In this document: in pieces, positions 46,207 to 55,821 of the stretch | Numbering within the stretch: position 1 is the first letter of the stretch | Layout of the letters: every line of letters starts with the position of its first letter | Source: a virus | Strand: one strand, 5' to 3' | IMG/VR virus record: IMGVR_UViG_3300042946_001661 | Span: 19,589 to 83,588 of that record | DNA length: 64,000 bases | Position numbers and translations under genes: made by a program | The notes under the pieces: generated by a model | The model's input: only the letters and a program-made list of their open reading frames with translations | Database searches by the model: none | Told to the model about the DNA's origin: nothing

Positions 46207-47190
46207 ATGGCAAATTACGAAGCCTTGGATATTAGTGAACTTGAGCTTGAGAGTGCAAGAGTTAATTCAAAGAACACAGGACAGGAAAATTCTACAAACT
46301 ATGTCCGTATGCCTAGCGGACAAGGTACTGGCGAAGGAAATTCTTTTCTAACAATTAGACTTCTTCCTCGCCGTAAGGGGCAACCATTATTTTGTGCTGT
46401 TAAGTATCACATGCTGAAAGATGGCAATGGCAACAAGCGTGTGTTCTTTAGTCCAAAAGAATTGGTTAAAGATGAGAAGGGTCGCCCAAAGTGGGTAGGA
46501 GAAAATACAATAATAGATAAATATTTAAGAGATCTTTGGGCAAAGAGTGAAAAAGCTCCAGAAAAAGAAAGACAAGAACTACAGGCTCAGTACAGAGAGT
46601 TAAAGGGTATTGAAAGATACTATTACAACGCCTTAGTTCGTCAAGAAAAAGATCCCAAGACTGGCGAGATAATTAAAAACGTTGGTCCAAAGATTTTTAG
46701 TTGTGGAAAAACTATTCATTCTATGATTGTGAGAGCAATTGTAGGCGATAAAGCTGCTGGAGAGGAACCACTTGGAGACGTTACTAATCCCAAGAACGGC
46801 AGAGACTTTAGAGTAGTCAAAAAGTTAAATGGAGAATATCCTAACTACGATCTTTCTAAGTTTCTTGATTCATCACCTTTGGGTGATCCCGAAGAAATCA
46901 ATGGTTGGCTTGACAATCTAAACGATCTGCAGGCAATCAGAGTTGTTAAAAGCGAAGATGAGCTTAAGCATGCTCTTAAAGTTCATCTTGGAATTATTCA
47001 AGAAATGAATCAAGAGGATGATGGATATGACTCAAGCGAGTTTTCATCTCCATCTAAAACGACCTCTAAACCTGCCCAAAAATCTGCTCCAAAAGATCTA
47101 GGACTTGACTCTGTATCTTCTTCAACTGTTGTTGATGAAGAAGAGGTTATGGCTGATGATGAATTCTTAAAAGAAATTGATGATCTATAA
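46207..47190 (+). CDS. gp32-like single-stranded DNA-binding protein
   Basis: IRLLP, RYYYN.LV, KIF..GK.I, D.T....G.DF, YP.YD.S.F, acidic tail; AGGAG SD. Confidence 0.85.
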   Translation: MANYEALDISELELESARVNSKNTGQENSTNYVRMPSGQGTGEGNSFLTIRLLPRRKGQPLFCAVKYHMLKDGNGNKRVFFSPKELVKDEKGRPKWVGENTIIDKYLRDLWAKSEKAPEKERQELQAQYRELKGIERYYYNALVRQEKDPKTGEIIKNVGPKIFSCGKTIHSMIVRAIVGDKAAGEEPLGDVTNPKNGRDFRVVKKLNGEYPNYDLSKFLDSSPLGDPEEINGWLDNLNDLQAIRVVKSEDELKHALKVHLGIIQEMNQEDDGYDSSEFSSPSKTTSKPAQKSAPKDLGLDSVSSSTVVDEEEVMADDEFLKEIDDL

Positions 47191-47214
47191 TTTTGTGTGG
47201 TGATGCCCCGTGAC

Positions 47215-47258
47215 AACCCTGCAGCTCAATTTAAAAAGTTGGGCTGCAGGGTTTTTTT
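47215..47258 (+). terminator. intrinsic terminator
   Basis: CCCTGCAGCTCAA/TTGGGCTGCAGGG stem then T7. Confidence 0.85.
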
Positions 47259-47279
47259 AAAAAAAAAGGAAATTTAAAC

Positions 47280-48503
47280 ATGGCAAGAAAAAAAATATCA
47301 GTATCAAACGACTCGCTTGATGATCTTTTTAAGGAAATAGCCGAAGAAACTGGCGGAGATGTATTGGATAAAATAGATAGTGTAAACTATTTTGTAGACA
47401 CAGGAAGCCTAGCATTAAATTATATTTGTAGCGGTAAGTTTATTGATGGTGGAATACCTGGCGGAAAATTAACAGAGATTTATGGACCATCAAGTTCTGC
47501 CAAAAGCTTATTTGGCAATAACATTCTTTATGGTTGCCAAAAGATGGGAGGCATACCCGTTCTTCTTGATTGTGAAAATAGTGCAAATAAAGAATTTATT
47601 AAAAAAGCAAGTCATTGTGACTTAAACAGGGTCTTAAGATATACTCCTCAATCTCTTGAAGAAGTTTTTTCTAAGATGTACTCTCTCATAGAAAAAATTA
47701 GAAAGAAAGACCCAGACAGACCAATTGTTATAGTCTACGATAGCATTGGAGTTTCTCCAAGTGCAAGAGAATTAAGAGAAGTTGATCTCCCAGAGAATTA
47801 TGACAAAGCTACATACAAAAGAATTGTAGGTGGCAATGAGCAGCCCGGTGAAAGAGCTAAAATATGTTCTCGTGAATTAAGAAAGCTTAATAGTGTTATG
47901 GAAAAGACCGGAGCAACTGTAATAATTCTAAATCAAACAAGAGAAAAGATAGGAATAATGTTCGGCAATCCAGAAACGACTGCCGGAGGAGGAAATGCTC
48001 TCCCATTCTATGCCAGTTGTAGAATTAGACCACAGACTCAAAAGAAAATAGAGAAGAAGATAACTGCAAAGAAAAGCAAGATTCTTGGAGTTAACATTAA
48101 ATTGAAGAATGTTAAAAACAAGACTCACAGACCGTTTGTTGAGTCAGAGGGAATTCAACTTCTTTTTGAAAAAGGAATAAACCCCCTTAGCGGTCTACTT
48201 AGCTGTCTTATGGAAGATGATAGATTAGAAGCTAAAGGGGCAGGAAACTTTATTATCAAAGAAAAATATTTGGGAGAAGACAAAGAAGATAATAAGTTTA
48301 AAGCTAGCCTAGATAGAAATGAAATGCCACTAGAAGTCCTACTTAACCATCCAGCATTAATTAACGCAGAAAGTAGAGAGCAGGTTGAAAATTATTTTGC
48401 TCCATACATGGACGCAATTAATTTTGAGATATCTGGAGATGTTGTGGAAGTAGAGTCATCAGAAGAAGACGATGATTTAATTGATGCTGAAATAAACGGT
48501 TAA
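47280..48503 (+). CDS. RecA/UvsX recombinase
   Basis: TGS.ALN, GG.P.G..TEIYG, D.E, YDS, NQ.R, GG.AL.FYAS.R, VKNK..P. Confidence 0.93.
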   Translation: MARKKISVSNDSLDDLFKEIAEETGGDVLDKIDSVNYFVDTGSLALNYICSGKFIDGGIPGGKLTEIYGPSSSAKSLFGNNILYGCQKMGGIPVLLDCENSANKEFIKKASHCDLNRVLRYTPQSLEEVFSKMYSLIEKIRKKDPDRPIVIVYDSIGVSPSARELREVDLPENYDKATYKRIVGGNEQPGERAKICSRELRKLNSVMEKTGATVIILNQTREKIGIMFGNPETTAGGGNALPFYASCRIRPQTQKKIEKKITAKKSKILGVNIKLKNVKNKTHRPFVESEGIQLLFEKGINPLSGLLSCLMEDDRLEAKGAGNFIIKEKYLGEDKEDNKFKASLDRNEMPLEVLLNHPALINAESREQVENYFAPYMDAINFEISGDVVEVESSEEDDDLIDAEING

Positions 48504-48515
48504 ATAACTAATAAG

Positions 48516-48569
48516 TTTATAAAAAAAATACAGCCTTGTTTTTTAAGCAAGGCTGTATTTTTTTATAAA
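48516..48569. terminator. bidirectional intrinsic terminator
   Basis: AAAAAAATACAGCCTTG/CAAGGCTGTATTTTTTT between convergent genes. Confidence 0.88.
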
Positions 48570-48570
48570 T

Positions 48571-48765
48571 TCACTTTTTCCCGCCTTTTAGCTTAAATAA
48601 AGCATCAGCGGCAATTGGTAAGAAGTAAGAATCTGGATACTGTGTTCTTACGTAAGCATCAGGGTAAGCCCATGTTGCTATTCCGCCTCTTTTTGTTTTT
48701 TCATCAATAACAAAAACAGGTAGTTCTTTTTTGTTGTTCGAGCAATAATCAATAAAACTCTTCAT
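48571..48765 (-). CDS. small late protein (MKSFIDYC)
   Basis: GAGGT SD, TATATA box upstream at about 48811. Confidence 0.65.
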   Translation of the reverse strand: MKSFIDYCSNNKKELPVFVIDEKTKRGGIATWAYPDAYVRTQYPDSYFLPIAADALFKLKGGKK

Positions 48766-48849
48766 AGTTTTGTTACCTCTTTATTTGCAGGTCTGCAAAA
48801 TATCTATTCTTATATATTAAAAAATGTGTAAAAATAATCTAGAATTTTG

Positions 48850-48877
48850 TTGAATGAACAAATTTTATTGCTATAAT
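48850..48877 (+). promoter_or_regulatory. sigma70-type promoter TTGAAT-N16-TATAAT with TGn
   Basis: Upstream of 48978. Confidence 0.6.
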
Positions 48878-48977
48878 ACATCTTATCAAACGAGCAATAA
48901 AAATAAAAAGTAATTAAAAATAAGTGTATTTTTTTAATTCTTTTTAAAAATAAAAACTCAAAAACAAAGGATTTGTC

Positions 48978-49271
48978 ATGACTAATCTTAATGTTCAGGT
49001 CACAAATAAGAAGAGCAGCAATATTAATTATTTTGAGGCAACTGTAGGCGTAGACGGTCTTCGTCCAACTAAGTTGGAGAGAAAGGCTGATGGTAGCACG
49101 TTATTTACAACAAGATCTGCACTGATCACGGCAGCCAAGAATATAGCTAAGAAGCTAGGATACACAAACGTTAAAATCACAGAAGATGGAACATCTATGG
49201 TTAAGCGTGCAAGCAAGTCTATTCCACCAAAAATGACCAAAAAGAAGTCTTTAACACTTTGCAAGAGTTGA
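48978..49271 (+). CDS. basic hypothetical protein
   Basis: Own promoter, AAGGA SD and terminator. Confidence 0.7.
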   Translation: MTNLNVQVTNKKSSNINYFEATVGVDGLRPTKLERKADGSTLFTTRSALITAAKNIAKKLGYTNVKITEDGTSMVKRASKSIPPKMTKKKSLTLCKS

Positions 49272-49295
49272 ATCTAAAACTAAATAGTTAGTTTT

Positions 49296-49327
49296 AAAAC
49301 CCTCCTGATTTTCAGGAGGGTTTTTTT
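49296..49327 (+). terminator. intrinsic terminator
   Basis: CCCTCCTGA/TCAGGAGGG stem then T7. Confidence 0.88.
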
Positions 49328-49380
49328 ATTTACACACATATATAATATAGGTAATTTTATTTTAATTAAAGGAGTTAAAC

Positions 49381-49587
49381 ATGGGATGCGGATGTGGAAA
49401 AAACGCCAGTAGACCAACACGAGCAGTAGCAAAAACCCCAGGTGTAATTAGGGCTAATGTGCCTCCAAGAACACAACAAGCCAATGTAACACCCAGAAAA
49501 CCTCCAAGTATTTCTGGTCTATCTGTTAACCGAGCGGCAGTCAATAAACAAAGACAAGAGGCTATTAAAAAGTCTTTGGGTAAATAA
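49381..49587 (+). CDS. small basic protein starting MGCGCGK
   Basis: AAGGAG SD; TATATA at about 49339. Confidence 0.7.
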   Translation: MGCGCGKNASRPTRAVAKTPGVIRANVPPRTQQANVTPRKPPSISGLSVNRAAVNKQRQEAIKKSLGK

Positions 49588-49593
49588 TTTTGT

Positions 49594-50193
49594 TTATTTT
49601 GGAGTCATTTTATTTAAAACTCTATAGTGATTAGGAATTTTAAAAATGCTTTCATCAAAATCTTTGATGAAAGCATTTTTTATTTTAAAAACTATTGTTA
49701 ATTTTTCTTCAATAAATTGAAATTTAATAGTATTGTTGGGTAAAATTGTAGCTGTTGATATTAATTTGCTCCCTCTGTGTAGGCTATAAACTTCTCCTTT
49801 TTTATCTATATTTTTAAAAACACTCAACATCCAACTTGGATTATAACAATCCTTCATAACTAAATTCATATCAGACACATCAGAATAAAAAAGAGTGTTT
49901 TCTTCTTCTTTTTTGGACCAATACCAGAAGTATTTTTCATTACATCCTACATCTATTTTTTTTTCTGAAACAATATAAAGAAATATTCTAAATTTATTAT
50001 TTTCTAAAAACATACGACCATCTAGGTTTTTTTTAAATAATCCTAAGCTTATTTCACAATTTATTGATAGTTCTTTTTTGTCTTTAGAATTAATTAAAAT
50101 TTGATTTTTAGATGTTTCTATTTCTTTTTTTATATTATTTGTTAAATAAAATAAGAAAAATATTATTAAAAATAAACAAATTTTTTTAATCAT
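49594..50193 (-). CDS. membrane-anchored hypothetical protein
   Basis: N-terminal TM; TATATATA 6 nt before ATG 50193. Confidence 0.65.
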   Translation of the reverse strand: MIKKICLFLIIFFLFYLTNNIKKEIETSKNQILINSKDKKELSINCEISLGLFKKNLDGRMFLENNKFRIFLYIVSEKKIDVGCNEKYFWYWSKKEEENTLFYSDVSDMNLVMKDCYNPSWMLSVFKNIDKKGEVYSLHRGSKLISTATILPNNTIKFQFIEEKLTIVFKIKNAFIKDFDESIFKIPNHYRVLNKMTPK

Positions 50194-50199
50194 TGATGA

Positions 50200-50207
50200 T
50201 ATATATA
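50200..50207. promoter_or_regulatory. bidirectional TATATATA late box
   Basis: Leaderless position for 50193(-); leadered (AAGAGG) for 50241(+). Confidence 0.65.
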
Positions 50208-50240
50208 ATATCAAACTTTAACTTTTAAAAGAGGTTTAAT

Positions 50241-51320
50241 ATGCTTAGTTATAAAGATTGGAAATCATTAAACGAGTCGGTTTTTAGTTCTTTTTCTTTA
50301 GGTTTATCTCAACCTCAATCTTTAGGAGTTTCTTCAAATGGTGTTGAAGGAATAGATCTTGAAGAAGCAAGAAGAAAGAAAAAAGTTAAAGTAGACGTTA
50401 CAGGTGACGGTGAAACAGTCCCACCAGCTAGCAAAGCAGATGAACCAGGTTCAAAAAAAGAATGTGGCTGCAGTAAGAGTTGCAAAGCATGCAAATCATG
50501 CAAAGGAATGTTTTCTGATGAAGATGATGTAGATTTAGAAAAAGTTAAGGCTAAAAAAGACGAAGAAGATGAAGACGAAGACATGGAAGATGAGGATAAT
50601 GAAGACGAAGAAGACATGGAAGATGAAGACGATGAAGACGATGAAGACGAAGATGAAGACATGGAAGATGAAGACGATGAAGACGAAGACGAAGACATGG
50701 AAGATGAGGACAATGAAGATGAGGACGAAGGGGATATGAAAGAAAAGCCTAAATTTTTAAAAGGCGGGCAGAAAAAGCTAGACGTTGATGGCGATGGTAA
50801 AATAACTGGAAAAGATTTTAAAATATTAAGAAAAAAATCTGATAAAAAGAAAAAGAAAAAGAAAAAGAATGAGTCAACAGACTCTATTGAAGTTTCTGCT
50901 GAAAAAGAGTGGATGGGAAGCATAATTGGACAAATGGGAAATCCAACCGTCAAACACTTTAGTGGATTATCAGATGAGCCCGGTCCAGGTGAAGTTGGGT
51001 TTGCTCCAAACAGCAGAATATCTGATAACTTTACTTCTTATGAAGAATTATTTGAATCTAAAAAATCTAAAAAAGAAGATTCTGATGATGACTCCGATGA
51101 AGAAAAGGACTCAGATTCTGATGATTCAAGCGACGATTCAGATGATATGAAGTCAATGGCTGAAAAATGCATGAAAGAATGCTTTGGAAAAAAACCAAAT
51201 GCTTCTTTTAAAGACTGCAAAGATCATTTAAAGAAAAACAAAGAAACATCAAAATACAAACTTTCATTAAAAGAATATTTAGTTTGCAAAAAGAAATATA
51301 GCAAAAAGAAAAGTAAATGA
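50241..51320 (+). CDS. low-complexity protein with targeting-like N-terminus, Cys cluster, acidic tract and EF-hand-like loop (putative prohead core/internal protein)
   Basis: MLSYKDWKSLNE; CGCSKSCKACKSC; D/E tract; DVDGDGKITGKD. Confidence 0.7.
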   Translation: MLSYKDWKSLNESVFSSFSLGLSQPQSLGVSSNGVEGIDLEEARRKKKVKVDVTGDGETVPPASKADEPGSKKECGCSKSCKACKSCKGMFSDEDDVDLEKVKAKKDEEDEDEDMEDEDNEDEEDMEDEDDEDDEDEDEDMEDEDDEDEDEDMEDEDNEDEDEGDMKEKPKFLKGGQKKLDVDGDGKITGKDFKILRKKSDKKKKKKKKNESTDSIEVSAEKEWMGSIIGQMGNPTVKHFSGLSDEPGPGEVGFAPNSRISDNFTSYEELFESKKSKKEDSDDDSDEEKDSDSDDSSDDSDDMKSMAEKCMKECFGKKPNASFKDCKDHLKKNKETSKYKLSLKEYLVCKKKYSKKKSK

Positions 51321-51514
51321 TAAGTTTTAAGAAATGGTTAGAAGTTGTTGCCGCTGCACCCGCTGTAGCTTCAGCGGCAACAACTTCTGCTTCAGTTTCA
51401 GGTAGCCCTGGAGCTACAACCTCAAAAGATATAGCACCATTTTTACGTCCAGTAGGATCTAATGTTGTAAGAAGACAATATCCTTTTAGAAAAAAGCGTA
51501 AAAAAAATAAATAA
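51317..51514 (+). CDS. small protein with targeting-like N-terminus (MISFKKWLE)
   Basis: ATGA-coupled; T.DIA.F.RP. Confidence 0.7.
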   Translation: MISFKKWLEVVAAAPAVASAATTSASVSGSPGATTSKDIAPFLRPVGSNVVRRQYPFRKKRKKNK

Positions 51515-51564
51515 TCAGACAAAGAAAATGATAATTTTTTAGTTGCTATAAAATAAAATAAAAT

Positions 51565-51798
51565 TTAATTTTCCATCTCTTTTTTAAGTATTTCCCTACA
51601 CTTTTGCATAGTTTCCTCCAGCTCCTTAGGTTTACAATTTAATAATCTGCACGCACCAGACTTATTTAATCTTCCTTTTTTAGTATATACTTTATTTTCA
51701 TTTAATAATAAAGCATCTATTACTTTTCCAAACCCACTATCTATTAATTTTTGAAGCAATTCTTGTCTTTCTATTAATTCCAAAAAACTAGATTTCAT
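51565..51798 (-). CDS. small HTH-like protein
   Basis: NKSGACRLLNCKPKEL; sigma70 promoter upstream. Confidence 0.6.
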   Translation of the reverse strand: MKSSFLELIERQELLQKLIDSGFGKVIDALLLNENKVYTKKGRLNKSGACRLLNCKPKELEETMQKCREILKKEMEN

Positions 51799-51828
51799 TA
51801 ATAACTTCCTTTTGTTTGTGTAATTTTA

Positions 51829-51857
51829 ATTATAACAAATTATTTTTATTAAGTCAA
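51829..51857 (-). promoter_or_regulatory. sigma70-type promoter TTGACT-N17-TATAAT
   Basis: Near-consensus. Confidence 0.7.
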
Positions 51858-51858
51858 A

Positions 51859-52482
51859 TTAAGGCAATTCATAAGGCTTGGTATCAGAGGTAAGCTCTCG
51901 TGTTTTTACTTCAGATTTTTCACATGGATGTTCTATAAAATAAGCCCTATCATATCTTAACTGTAATTCTATAGTTAGGATATCGCTACTGCCAAAGTCC
52001 AGATCTCCAAAATCAATAGATATTGGCCATACATTTTCTAGTTTCCATTCTTCAACGATATTTCCTATTCCATCGTATAAATCTATTGAACATCCTCTCT
52101 TGAAAGCTGCTGCATCTCTATTATTGATTACACTAGGGTTCCAATAAACTTCGTTTTCACTAACTTGATATATTTTTTTAACCCATTGAATTACAGGATT
52201 AAATCTTGTTTTAATATCATATAAAGTTAAGCTTATTGGTTTCCACTCAGGTTTTCCTGGAAAATATATTGTTTCTGTAACGTGCTGTGCATCTATTTCT
52301 TTAAAAGACAAGCTAGGTCTTCCGCTTTTTCCAGGAGGTAATATAGGGGAAGTCGAGTCTGAGCCTCCACAAACACCTTTAATATTAAACATCCATCTAT
52401 ATTTTCTTTTGAAAAAAATGTCGCTACCGAGCAGATTTTTATTTCCATAATTAAAACCCATTCCGACTTCTGATCTATTCAT
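51859..52482 (-). CDS. tail tube protein gp19-like, copy 2
   Basis: KRKYRW, RP, PGK.EW, LYD, W.L..VWP....GDL, L.YD; CTAAATA 5 nt before ATG. Confidence 0.85.
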   Translation of the reverse strand: MNRSEVGMGFNYGNKNLLGSDIFFKRKYRWMFNIKGVCGGSDSTSPILPPGKSGRPSLSFKEIDAQHVTETIYFPGKPEWKPISLTLYDIKTRFNPVIQWVKKIYQVSENEVYWNPSVINNRDAAAFKRGCSIDLYDGIGNIVEEWKLENVWPISIDFGDLDFGSSDILTIELQLRYDRAYFIEHPCEKSEVKTRELTSDTKPYELP

Positions 52483-52505
52483 ATACTTATTTAGTAAATA
52501 AATAT

Positions 52506-52543
52506 AAAAAAAAACGCAGAACCTTTCGATTCTGCGTTTTTTT
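52506..52543 (-). terminator. intrinsic terminator after the major tail tube gene
   Basis: CGCAGAA/TTCTGCG stem flanked by A/T tracts. Confidence 0.85.
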
Positions 52544-52564
52544 AATTAGACTTTTTTTTAAATA

Positions 52565-53149
52565 TCAACCACCACAACCAGCAATTGGACATGCACCTAT
52601 TGGATTCATGCATGATCCAGGTACGTATTGAGCAGTTGAATATCTTAATGTCATTTCAATCTCAACAATATCACTGCTATCGTAACCTAAATCTCCAAAG
52701 TTAATACTGGTTGGCCAAACCATACCAAGATTCCAAGTTTCTGCTATCTGTCCAATGCCATCGTATAAGTTTAAAACAGCATTTGCTCCCCATCCACTGC
52801 CTCCTCTTTGACCGGTTCCTCTAATAGATGACTGTCTTAAAAGGACTGGATTATCAAATTCATAAATTGTTCTTAACCAAGAATACAATATAGAGATATC
52901 TTCACCTCCAGAAACCATATCATAATAGTTTACTGTCATGGTTTCCCAGTTACCCTTGCCTGGTATCCACATTCTACCATGCATAAAGTCTATCTGGGTT
53001 TCTTCTATGTTTAGTTGAGGTCTGCTTGATATCTTAACTAAGTTTTCTGGAACATTTCCACATGGAGTTTGTAGAGAAAATGTCCATCTATATTTTCTTT
53101 TATAAAATGAGTTGCTATTAGCATGTATTCCTAAGCCCATTGGTACCAT
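52565..53149 (-). CDS. tail tube protein gp19-like
   Basis: Follows the sheath; KRKYRW, PGK..W, VWPTSINFGDL.Y. Confidence 0.88.
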   Translation of the reverse strand: MVPMGLGIHANSNSFYKRKYRWTFSLQTPCGNVPENLVKISSRPQLNIEETQIDFMHGRMWIPGKGNWETMTVNYYDMVSGGEDISILYSWLRTIYEFDNPVLLRQSSIRGTGQRGGSGWGANAVLNLYDGIGQIAETWNLGMVWPTSINFGDLGYDSSDIVEIEMTLRYSTAQYVPGSCMNPIGACPIAGCGG

Positions 53150-53182
53150 TTTAAATTCTCCTTAAAAATTATTTATTTATCA

Positions 53183-55606
53183 TCAAAGTGTATCTGCGTT
53201 TTCTGAAAAGCTTCCAGTTCTATGGATGCTAAATTCAATAAATATAAATTCTGCTGCACGGGTAGGTTGTATTCCTATTCTTGCTCTAAATTCATTTCTA
53301 TCAATAACATCTGGAGTGTTCAATTCAGCATCAGCTTTTATTACAAAGTCTGTAATTCCTCTGCCAACTTGAACCTCTTGTAATATTCCACCAGCAACAG
53401 AAATAAATCTATTTCTGAATACTTCATCGTTAGGTTCAAATAACAAGTTTCTACTAGCAACTTTAATTCTTTTCTCTACATAAAGCATCATTCTTCTTAC
53501 GTTGACTCTATCTAAAGCAGTAGGTCTTCTTTGAAGTGTCTTTTGACCAAATATTAAGAAACCTTGTGTGTCTACAAACTGAATAATAGGATTTACACAA
53601 TTTCTGTTTCCATACATCTGATCTCGCTCTTCAAGTGTTGGTCTGTCATAAACATCAAGAACATTAGATACAACGCCTCTGGTTGTTCCGGCAGGAGCAA
53701 ACCAAGGAGCAGATATATTGTCGCTATTTGCTATTGTTGCAAGAACTGATCCGCTTGGCGGAACCCAGACATCAAGCTTGTTGAATGTGTCCCTAATCTT
53801 CAACCATGGCCAATACAGTGCCGCAAAATCACTATCAAATCTATTGCTGTTTAGTGGATGAACACCATTTTGCCACTGAACTATTTCTTTTACTGTAAGT
53901 CCAAAAGGAGGATCTATTATAGCCATGCAATCTGTTCTAACATTTTGACAAAGATTAATTAAAGCTTCAACAACATCTGTGCTACCATGACCAGGAACAG
54001 CAATTAAGTCGATATCTACTTGCTCTGGTTCACTTAAGGAATAAATTCCGGTATATCCTATGTCATTTCCAATTAAAAGTTCATCTTGTCTCTCAGGATC
54101 AGAGGGTATTCCATCTGATCCTCCACTAAGACTGTAAACTCCATTTAATGGAGAATATGTCAAAGAATCTAGAGGAGGAGAGTCCACATCTGTCATATCG
54201 CTAACTCGTATGTAGTCAGAAACCTGAGATATATAAGATTCTACATAAAATCTACTAGCAGGATCTTTTGTTAGACTTCCCCAAGATTCTACTTGAACTC
54301 CATTGTTATAAACTTGTAATGAAAAGTTGTTTTCTTCTGTATTGTTTATTACTTTGACTTGGGTTCTGTTACCTTCAATTCCAGTACTATCAGCATAAAC
54401 TCTAAAGGTTATTTGAGACATATTAGTGTTGTCTAATCCTACAACTATTCCACCTACATCAGCATCGGTAGCGGCAGGATTTCCATCAATATCAACAGCA
54501 CTAGATTTAACAGGACTGACTCCAGATTTTGTACTTGTATCTATTGCAAATACTTCAAGAGCTGCTGTTCCATTTGACTTAACTCTTAATCTAGCATTTC
54601 TTCCATAGCTGTCAGTTCTTATGGATAGATAATCTAATCCACTAATGTTAACGCTTTCTGCTGTCCAACCTCCTGGCAACTCGCCAGTTCCACCTTCATC
54701 TGGTATTTTTTGATCATTAAGACTTGTAACTATGCTGGTTAGAGTTACTGCTGAAGTGTTATCAAACTCAGATAAATCTAAAACTTGAACAATACCATCT
54801 ATAGATGCAACCCCTGACCCGTCTACTATTAACTGCATTGTTAATCCTGAAAGTCCTGTGAAATCAAAAGTTTCATTAGCCCCAGAACCATACTTTACAT
54901 TTGAAGCAACAGCCGATGCTTGAGTCATGCCTGTGCCTAAACCTGTAATTGAAGACGCTCCGCCATAGATAGAATCTTTTACAGAAACTAATTCAAGGCT
55001 TGCATCTGGACCATAAGCCCAAACTGTTTTTACAGAAATATAGTTGTCTGTACCATCATTGCTTGCGAAGAAAATAATTCCATCGACAACAGTATCTAGC
55101 TGATCATTTAAGACTGTTGCAAGTTCATTTGCGGTATAAGTATCAGCAGGAACTACAAGTGTTTTAGAGGCAAGCGTACCGTTTAATCTCCATTTAAAGA
55201 AACCATCGTTAGCAAAAACATAATTTTCTTCAACTTTTGATACTATTTCGACAACACTTCCTGCACTTGGAATATCAACATAAGCAGTTTCTGCTATCTC
55301 ATCACTAACAGCATTATCTTCTGCAACTCTAACTACATAAAGTTGGTTAGAAACATTAAGATACTGTTCAGCAGCATAAATTAAAAATGGATCACTAACA
55401 TCTGGATGAGGATATCCAAAAATTGTATGTAACTGCCTTACACTGGTAACCAGAGTAGGAGTGTTTATAGGACCTTTACTAGCAAAACCTACAAGAGCTC
55501 CCCTGTGAGTTGAAGGTGTAGATGCAATATAACTTAAATCTTTTTCAGCTATTCTTACACTAGGACTGATTGTGTTGGAAGGTGGAAATCCCCGTAAAAT
55601 TGCCAT
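53183..55606 (-). CDS. contractile tail sheath protein gp18-like
   Basis: SP.V...E.D, G.A.KGP, PPSG, WFAPAG..RG, NPI, GQKT, DRVNVRR, FEPND. Confidence 0.95.
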   Translation of the reverse strand: MAILRGFPPSNTISPSVRIAEKDLSYIASTPSTHRGALVGFASKGPINTPTLVTSVRQLHTIFGYPHPDVSDPFLIYAAEQYLNVSNQLYVVRVAEDNAVSDEIAETAYVDIPSAGSVVEIVSKVEENYVFANDGFFKWRLNGTLASKTLVVPADTYTANELATVLNDQLDTVVDGIIFFASNDGTDNYISVKTVWAYGPDASLELVSVKDSIYGGASSITGLGTGMTQASAVASNVKYGSGANETFDFTGLSGLTMQLIVDGSGVASIDGIVQVLDLSEFDNTSAVTLTSIVTSLNDQKIPDEGGTGELPGGWTAESVNISGLDYLSIRTDSYGRNARLRVKSNGTAALEVFAIDTSTKSGVSPVKSSAVDIDGNPAATDADVGGIVVGLDNTNMSQITFRVYADSTGIEGNRTQVKVINNTEENNFSLQVYNNGVQVESWGSLTKDPASRFYVESYISQVSDYIRVSDMTDVDSPPLDSLTYSPLNGVYSLSGGSDGIPSDPERQDELLIGNDIGYTGIYSLSEPEQVDIDLIAVPGHGSTDVVEALINLCQNVRTDCMAIIDPPFGLTVKEIVQWQNGVHPLNSNRFDSDFAALYWPWLKIRDTFNKLDVWVPPSGSVLATIANSDNISAPWFAPAGTTRGVVSNVLDVYDRPTLEERDQMYGNRNCVNPIIQFVDTQGFLIFGQKTLQRRPTALDRVNVRRMMLYVEKRIKVASRNLLFEPNDEVFRNRFISVAGGILQEVQVGRGITDFVIKADAELNTPDVIDRNEFRARIGIQPTRAAEFIFIEFSIHRTGSFSENADTL

Positions 55607-55608
55607 TT

Positions 55609-55821
55609 TTATGCTCCCTTTATATCTAAAATTTTTGTAGTGATGAACCCTTGTTTCTCTGCTCTAAGTATATAGTCTGTTGACCTCTCTTCTTCGAGCA
55701 AGAAAATATTTTTTCCTGAACCAATTCCGGGTATGTTTAAAACTGTAAACGAACCGGGAGCCTTCCTTGCCTTAACAACTAGTTGCATTGGAAATTTTTT
55801 TCTATTTGTTATTTCTAACAC
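55609..55821 (-). CDS. hypothetical protein in tail operon
   Basis: 70 aa; AGGAG SD. Confidence 0.65.
   Translation of the reverse strand: MLEITNRKKFPMQLVVKARKAPGSFTVLNIPGIGSGKNIFLLEEERSTDYILRAEKQGFITTKILDIKGA

Noticed and set aside
26025-48503. Further inteins or introns in nrdA, nrdB, helicases, recA or gp46
   Set aside because: Lengths and motif spacing are continuous, and no C...HN-[CST] blocks were seen.
48880-48975. AT-rich imperfect inverted repeat as replication origin or ncRNA
   Set aside because: Expected by chance at this composition; no iterons; more simply the leader of 48978.
50315-50953. 212 aa poly-Ser/Phe ORF on the minus strand
   Set aside because: Antisense shadow of the acidic/Lys tract of 50241.
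51565-51798. MKSSFLELIE as a member of the capsid-targeting set
   Set aside because: Driven by a near-consensus sigma70 promoter and looks HTH-like; the motif match is weak.
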